This document shows positions 19,036-23,929 of a DNA stretch of 23,929 bases, one piece after another (within the stretch, counting starts at the first letter, position 1; each line of letters opens with the position of its first letter). Source of the stretch: an uncultured delta proteobacterium (GTDB taxonomy: Bacteria > Myxococcota > Myxococcia > SLRQ01). The notes below the pieces were generated by a model. That model did not search any database. It worked only from the letters and a program-made list of their open reading frames with translations, and was not told where the DNA came from. Both the position numbers and the translations under genes were made by a program. The stretch spans positions 1 to 23,929 of the forward strand of contig CAVSGM010000004.1 of NCBI GenBank assembly GCA_963727485.1. The letters run 5' to 3'.

Positions 19036-20043
19036 TCACCAGCGGACGAGCGCGCTCCCCCAGGCCAGCCCGGCGCCGATGGCCATCATCAGGATCAGGT
19101 CCCCGGCCTTGAGGTCTCCGGCCCGGTTCGCCTGGTCCAGGGTCATGGGGAGCGACGCCGAGGAGGTGTTGCCGAACTCGGCGATGTTCAGCACCGCCTT
19201 CTCCATGGGGATGTCGAGGCGCTTGAGCACCGCCTCCAGGATCCGGAGGTTCGCCTGGTGGGCCACCACGTGGTCGACGTCGGCGGCGGTGAGCCCGTGG
19301 TAGGCCAGGGCCTCGCGGCTCGCCTCCTCGAGGTTCCGGACCGCGTGCTTGAACACCTCGCGCCCCTGCATCTTCACCTTGTGGAGCTTCTGGTCGACCA
19401 CCTCGTGGCTCTGGGGCATGGCCGAGCCACCACCGGGGATCTTGAGGATGTCGATCTGGTTCCCGTCGGTGTGGAGGTGGGTCGAGAGGATGCCCCGGTC
19501 GCCGTCCTGGGCGTCGCTGGGCCCGAGGACCATGGCCCCGGCGGCGTCCCCGAAGAGGACGCAGGTGTTCCGGTCCTCCCAGTCGACGATGCGGGTGAGC
19601 AGCTCGCCCCCGAGGACCAGGGCGTAGCGGGCCTCCCCGGCGCGGATGAACTTCTCGGCGATGCTCATGGCGTAGAGGCTGCCGGCGCAGGCCGCCGAGA
19701 CGTCGAAGGCCGCGGCGCGCCCGGCCCCCAGCGCCCGCTGGACGAAGACCGCCGCGGAGGGCATGGGCAGGTCGGGGCTGATGGTGCCCATGATGATGAG
19801 GTCCAGGTCCTCGGCGCGGACGCCGGCGAGCTTCAGGGCCCGCTTCGCCGCCATCACCGCCATGGTGCTGGTGGTCTCGTCGTCGGCGGCGACGTGGCGC
19901 TGGCGGATGCCGGTGCGGCCCTGGATCCACTCGTCGGAGGTGTCGACGATCTTGGCCAGGTCGTCGTTGGTCATCACCTTCTCGGGGGCGTAGCCGCCGG
20001 TGCCGATGATCCGGGCGTGTCCCGACTTGAGCTGCGCGTTCAT
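19036..20043 (-). CDS. fabH: 3-oxoacyl-ACP synthase III
   Basis: DTSDEWI..RTGI, AACAG (Cys), LFGDAAGA, HQANLRI, GNTSSAS, GAGLAWG. Confidence 0.96.
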   Translation of the reverse strand: MNAQLKSGHARIIGTGGYAPEKVMTNDDLAKIVDTSDEWIQGRTGIRQRHVAADDETTSTMAVMAAKRALKLAGVRAEDLDLIIMGTISPDLPMPSAAVFVQRALGAGRAAAFDVSAACAGSLYAMSIAEKFIRAGEARYALVLGGELLTRIVDWEDRNTCVLFGDAAGAMVLGPSDAQDGDRGILSTHLHTDGNQIDILKIPGGGSAMPQSHEVVDQKLHKVKMQGREVFKHAVRNLEEASREALAYHGLTAADVDHVVAHQANLRILEAVLKRLDIPMEKAVLNIAEFGNTSSASLPMTLDQANRAGDLKAGDLILMMAIGAGLAWGSALVRW

Positions 20044-21095
20044 GAGGTGGACTCCTTGGGCCCGGACGCTTGCCGGGCGAGGTCGGTCGCCTTCCGCGCC
20101 GCGTCGACGATCCCCGCCCGGAGATCCTCCCGGGCGAGATCCCGGGCCACGCGGATGGCGTTCTTGATGGCGTTTGAGTTGGAGGCGCCGTGGGCCACGA
20201 TGGCGACCCCGTCGACGCCGAGGATGGGCGCGCCGCCGTACTCGGCATAGTCGAGGCGCCGCATGAACCGCCGCAGGGCCCCGCGCATCAGCAGGTAGCC
20301 CGCCTTGGCGGTGGTGGTCTTCTCGATCTCGTCGCGCATCATCGCCGCGATCCCCTGGGCCGCCCCCTCGGCGGTCTTGAGGATCACGTTGCCGGTGAAC
20401 CCGTCGGTCACCAGGACGTCGGCGCGGCCGGTGAACAGGTCCCGGCCCTCCACGTAGCCGATGAAGTCGAGGCCGGCGTGCTCCAGGAGGGCGTAGGCCC
20501 CGCGGGTGAGCTCGGTGCCCTTCTCCCGCTCGACGCCGTTGGAGACGATGCCCACCTTGGGCTCGGCGATGCCGAGGAACGCCCGGGCGTAGGCCTCGCC
20601 GCACAGCGCCCACTGGGCCAGGTGCAGCGGCGAGGCCTCGGGGTTGGCGCCGGCGTCGAGGAGCACCACCCGGCCGCCGCTGGTGGTGGGCAGGGCCCCG
20701 GCGATGGCCGGGCGGCTCACCCCCTCGAGGCGCCCGAGGATGAGGATGGCCCCGGCCATCATCGCCCCGGAGTTCCCGGCGGAGATCACCGCCGAGGCCT
20801 CATCGCGCCTGGCGAGGTCGAAGGCCACCCGCAGGGAGCTGTCCTTCTTCCGGCGGATGGCGGTGGCACCCTTCTCGGCCATCTCCACCACCTCGGCGGC
20901 GTGATGGACGTCGAGGGGCAGCCCCCGGGTCCGGTGCCGGGCGAGCTCGGCCTCGATCCGCGCCGAGTCCCCCACCAGGGTCACCGGGATGCCGTGGGCG
21001 CGGGCGGCGAGGACCGCCCCCTCCACCACCGCGGCGGGAGCGTTGTCGCCGCCCATGGCGTCCACGGCCACAGGCATGAGGCGCCCGGGGCGCAC
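20040..21095 (-). CDS. plsX: Phosphate acyltransferase PlsX (start could be the ATG at 21077)
   Basis: VAVDAMGGDNAP, SAGNSGA, LDAGAN, DGFTGNVILKTAEG, YGGAPILGV, HGAS. Confidence 0.96.
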   Translation of the reverse strand: MRPGRLMPVAVDAMGGDNAPAAVVEGAVLAARAHGIPVTLVGDSARIEAELARHRTRGLPLDVHHAAEVVEMAEKGATAIRRKKDSSLRVAFDLARRDEASAVISAGNSGAMMAGAILILGRLEGVSRPAIAGALPTTSGGRVVLLDAGANPEASPLHLAQWALCGEAYARAFLGIAEPKVGIVSNGVEREKGTELTRGAYALLEHAGLDFIGYVEGRDLFTGRADVLVTDGFTGNVILKTAEGAAQGIAAMMRDEIEKTTTAKAGYLLMRGALRRFMRRLDYAEYGGAPILGVDGVAIVAHGASNSNAIKNAIRVARDLAREDLRAGIVDAARKATDLARQASGPKESTS

Positions 21096-21101
21096 CGAGG
21101 C

Positions 21102-21284
21102 CTACTCCTCGCGAGGCTTGAGGACCTCGCGGCCCTTGTAGTGCCCGCAAGCCGTGCACAGGTGGTGCGGCAGCACCGGCTCGTTGCAGTTCGGGCAGGT
21201 CGAGAGCCCGGTGGCGGCGATGGCGACGTGGGACCGGCGCTGGCGCTGCTTCATCTTGGAGGTTCGCTTCTTGGGAACGGCCAC
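21102..21284 (-). CDS. rpmF: 50S ribosomal protein L32 (Zn-binding type)
   Basis: MAVPKKRTSK...CPNC...PHHLCTACGHY; SD AGGAG. Confidence 0.97.
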   Translation of the reverse strand: MAVPKKRTSKMKQRQRRSHVAIAATGLSTCPNCNEPVLPHHLCTACGHYKGREVLKPREE

Positions 21285-21302
21285 GGTGATTCTCCTGGTT
21301 AC

Positions 21303-21875
21303 CTAGGAAAGCTTGAGGTTCTTGAGGGCGGCGAGGCGGGGGTCGGGGACCGTCCGGTCGCAGCCGCACTCCCCGTCGTTGAGATTGGCCCCGCACACGG
21401 AGCACAGACCCTTGCACGCGGGGTCGCAGAGCACGTAGTCCGGCAGCGCGAGGAGGATTCGCTCCCGGACCAACGGCGCGAGATCGATCTCGTCGCCGGT
21501 GTAGGTGTCCTCGTCGGCCTCCTCGAGGGTGAAGCTGCCGGCGGGGGGGCCCTGGCCCGCATCCTGGCCGAGGTCGGTGGCCTGGCCCCGGGGCGCGGCG
21601 CCGGCGCCCTGGCGGAGGCCGAGGACGAAGTCGGCGGGGGCGGTGAGGGACACCGGGCGCAGGCAGCGCTTGCAGGTGCCCTGAAGCGGCGTCTCCAGGT
21701 GGCCCCGGGCCACGATGCGGTCCCCGGCGTCGGAGAGGTCGACGCGCACGGCCACCTCGCCCCGGGCGTGGAAGTCCGTGGCGGCCTCGGCGAGGACCGT
21801 CTCCAGGGTCTTCTCGGGCATCGGCTCGGCGAACTCGACGCCGCCGGCCCGGATTTTGTCAATCTTGACGCGCAT
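21303..21875 (-). CDS. yceD: YceD/DUF177 family protein
   Basis: CKRCL, IDLAPLVRERILLALP, LCDPACKGLCSVCGANLN, DPRLAAL; upstream of rpmF. Confidence 0.92.
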   Translation of the reverse strand: MRVKIDKIRAGGVEFAEPMPEKTLETVLAEAATDFHARGEVAVRVDLSDAGDRIVARGHLETPLQGTCKRCLRPVSLTAPADFVLGLRQGAGAAPRGQATDLGQDAGQGPPAGSFTLEEADEDTYTGDEIDLAPLVRERILLALPDYVLCDPACKGLCSVCGANLNDGECGCDRTVPDPRLAALKNLKLS

Positions 21876-21907
21876 TTAGACGCAAGGGGGGCTTCAGGGA
21901 AGCGGGG

Positions 21908-21935
21908 ATTATAGAGGGGGCGCCGGGCCTGTCAA
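21908..21935 (-). promoter_or_regulatory. Consensus sigma70 promoter of the yceD-rpmF-plsX-fab operon
   Basis: TTGACA (21935-21930), 16 nt, TATAAT (21913-21908), then a GC-rich discriminator CCCCGC. Confidence 0.85.
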
Positions 21936-21972
21936 GGCGCCCCAGGGGCCCCGGCCCGCGGCGGGCCCCACC

Positions 21973-22542
21973 TTAGGAACCCCGGTGGCGCTCGCGCCAG
22001 GTCCGGATCCCCCAGAGGAGGAGCCCGGCGACGCCGATGGCGACGAGGACCACCAGCTCCAGGTGCTTGGCCCGGTGGACCAGCGACTCCAGGGCCTCGC
22101 CGAAGAGGTAGCCCCCCCCGGCGACGGCCACCGACCAGATGGCGGCGCCGACGCCGTTGAGGACCAGGAAGCGGAGGCTCCCGACCCGGGTCATCCCCAG
22201 GGCGAAGGGGGTCACGGTGCGGATCCCGTAGATGAAGCGGAAGCCGAGGATGAGCCCGGCGTGGTAGCGCTCCAGGAGGTGGCGGGCCCGGTCCACCCGG
22301 GGCGCCCAGGAGGGGAAGCGCCGGAGGAATCCCGCGCCGTGGCGCCGGCCGACCCAGAACCACAGCTGGTCCCCGGCGTAGCTCCCGGCGAAGGCCAGGA
22401 GCATCACCCAGGGCAGCAGGAGGTAGCCCCGGTGGGCGGCGAAGCCGGCCATCAGGAGGATGGTCTCGCCCTCGAGGAAGGTGCCGACGAAGACCGCGAG
22501 GTAGGCGTAGAGGCCGTAGGACTCTAGGAGGTGCTGCAGCAT
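21973..22542 (-). CDS. DedA family membrane protein
   Basis: MLQHLLESYGLYAYLAVFVGTFLEGE...GDQLWFWVGRRHG...FRFIYGIR...GAAIWS. Confidence 0.9.
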   Translation of the reverse strand: MLQHLLESYGLYAYLAVFVGTFLEGETILLMAGFAAHRGYLLLPWVMLLAFAGSYAGDQLWFWVGRRHGAGFLRRFPSWAPRVDRARHLLERYHAGLILGFRFIYGIRTVTPFALGMTRVGSLRFLVLNGVGAAIWSVAVAGGGYLFGEALESLVHRAKHLELVVLVAIGVAGLLLWGIRTWRERHRGS

Positions 22543-22602
22543 GGGGCCTGCACGCAGGGTAGGCCGTCGCCTGCGTCGGGCACGTGATAGGCTCGGGGCG
22601 AG

Positions 22603-23463
22603 ATGCGCGCGCTCCTCACCGCCCTGCTCCTCGGGGGCCTCCTGGTGGCGTCCCCGGCCCACGCGGCGTCCGCGGCCGCCCCGGCGAACCCCCACCTCGA
22701 GTCGGCGTTGAAGGCCATCGGCGAGGGGCGCCTCGACGACGCCCGCGCCGATCTGAAGCAGGCCATGGCCTGGCCCCGGAACTCCAACGCCCTCCTGGTG
22801 GAGATCTACCGGAACCTGGCGGTGGTCGACCTCTACGCCGGCGAGGAGAACCGCGCCTACGGGGCCCTGGCGCGCCTCCTCAACATCGACCCCGAGTACC
22901 GGCTCCCGGCCCACGCGGCCCAGAAGCTGGTCGAGCTCTTCGACCGGGTGAAGGACGCCTACGCCAAGGGCCTCCTCAAGCCGGTGCGGGTGGCCCACGA
23001 GGCCCCGGGGCAGGTGCCCTCCGACGCGCCGGTGACCCTCTCGGCCACCGTGGGCAACATGCAGGACGGGTTCTCGGTGGCCCTCCACCTGCGCCGGGCG
23101 GGGCAGGCGCGTTTCCGCGTCGAGCCCATGGCCGAGCGCCCGGGGAACCGCTACGTGGCCGTGGTCCAGCCGGTGCACCTCGAGGCCGGGGCGAAGCCGG
23201 TGGTGCTCCAGTACTACCTCGAGGTCACCGACTCGGAGGGCCGGCGGGTCCAGGGCGTGGGCAACGCGCTGGCGCCCCTGACCCTCACCGTCGAGCCCCC
23301 GTCGCCCCCGGTGGCCGCGGCGAAGCCCCCGGCCTGGTACACCAGCCCCTGGATTTGGGTCGGCCTGGGGGTGGTGGTCGCCGGGGGAGCCACCGCGGCG
23401 GTCATCGCCACCCAGGGGCCGAGCACCGGGAGCCTCCCGGTGACCGTGAAGGTGGGGCCATGA
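22603..23463 (+). CDS. Exported hypothetical protein with TPR-like helices, Ig-like beta region and C-terminal membrane anchor
   Basis: Signal peptide ending AHA; helical TPR-like segment; beta-rich LQYYLEV region; C-terminal WYTSPWIWVGLGVVVAGG hydrophobic segment. Confidence 0.7.
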   Translation: MRALLTALLLGGLLVASPAHAASAAAPANPHLESALKAIGEGRLDDARADLKQAMAWPRNSNALLVEIYRNLAVVDLYAGEENRAYGALARLLNIDPEYRLPAHAAQKLVELFDRVKDAYAKGLLKPVRVAHEAPGQVPSDAPVTLSATVGNMQDGFSVALHLRRAGQARFRVEPMAERPGNRYVAVVQPVHLEAGAKPVVLQYYLEVTDSEGRRVQGVGNALAPLTLTVEPPSPPVAAAKPPAWYTSPWIWVGLGVVVAGGATAAVIATQGPSTGSLPVTVKVGP

Positions 23464-23929
23464 GCGCCGTCCGTCGCCGCGCCGCCGGCCGCCGCGTCGC
23501 CGGGGTCCCCGCCCTCGCGTCCGCCGTGCTCCTCGCCGCCCTCGCCGGGTGCGGCCCGGCCCCCACCGCCGGCACCGTGCCCTTCGGGGTCTCGCTCCGG
23601 GTCGACCACCTCACCGGCAACGAGACCCTCCAGTTCGTGGTCCTCCACGACACCGACGTCAGCGGCCAGGAGGTCACCTGCCCCCAGGTGGTCCAGGCCT
23701 GCGTCGCCGACCAGCTCGCCAAGGTCCGCCTGGTCGATCTCCACGGTGGACGGCAAGTCGACCAAGGCCTGGCAGACGCCCGTGAACCTCTCCCAGGCCC
23801 AGTCCGGCGCCGGACAGGCCCTCACCGTCCCGGGCATCCCCCCGGGCCGGGGCTACCTCCTGGTGGTGGAGCTGGTCGGAGACGGCAGCGGCGGCGCCCA
23901 GCGGGTGGGCGTCGGGTGCGCGCCGGTGG
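23460..23929 (+). CDS. Hypothetical lipoprotein, partial (runs off the right edge); probable +1 frameshift near 23741
   Basis: ATGA overlap with the previous stop; MSAVRRRAAGRRVAGVPALASAVLLAALAGC lipobox. After LVDL the GC3-rich frame shifts to TVDGKSTKAWQTPVNL...GIPPGRGYLLVVELVG. Absent from the ORF track because it has no stop in the window. Confidence 0.7.
   Translation, partial: MSAVRRRAAGRRVAGVPALASAVLLAALAGCGPAPTAGTVPFGVSLRVDHLTGNETLQFVVLHDTDVSGQEVTCPQVVQACVADQLAKVRLVDLHGGRQVDQGLADAREPLPGPVRRRTGPHRPGHPPGPGLPPGGGAGRRRQRRRPAGGRRVRAG

Overview
High-GC window that looks myxobacterial (Myxococcota-like), with nearly all genes on the minus strand. The housekeeping backbone reads yceD-rpmF-plsX-fabH-fabD-fabG-acpP-fabF-rpiB-glyA-nrdR-ribD-[insert]-ribE-ribB(X)-ribH-nusB-M17 N-domain gene-[insert]-cheY-cheA. 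A dedA gene and two divergent exported-protein genes sit at the right end. Two accessory inserts interrupt the backbone. The first (1652-7392) is a tandem array of three intact paralogs, each with lipobox signal + GH25 muramidase + two bulb-type (B-) lectin domains + Gly/Pro linker + MYXO-CTERM surface-sorting tail. Their catalytic residues are conserved while the lectin sugar-binding sites diverge stepwise. This is the best candidate for an undescribed system: surface-displayed, lectin-targeted cell-wall lytic enzymes. The second (10918-12379), between ribD and ribE, holds a TIMP/NTR-like lipoprotein convergent with an M23 peptidase fragment that lacks its HxH motif. Several genes (cheA, all four rib genes, the last ORF) carry single-base frameshifts, mostly +1 insertions, most likely long-read errors. 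No rRNA, tRNA, CRISPR or mobile element was recognised. All assignments come from motif recognition by eye; no searches were run.
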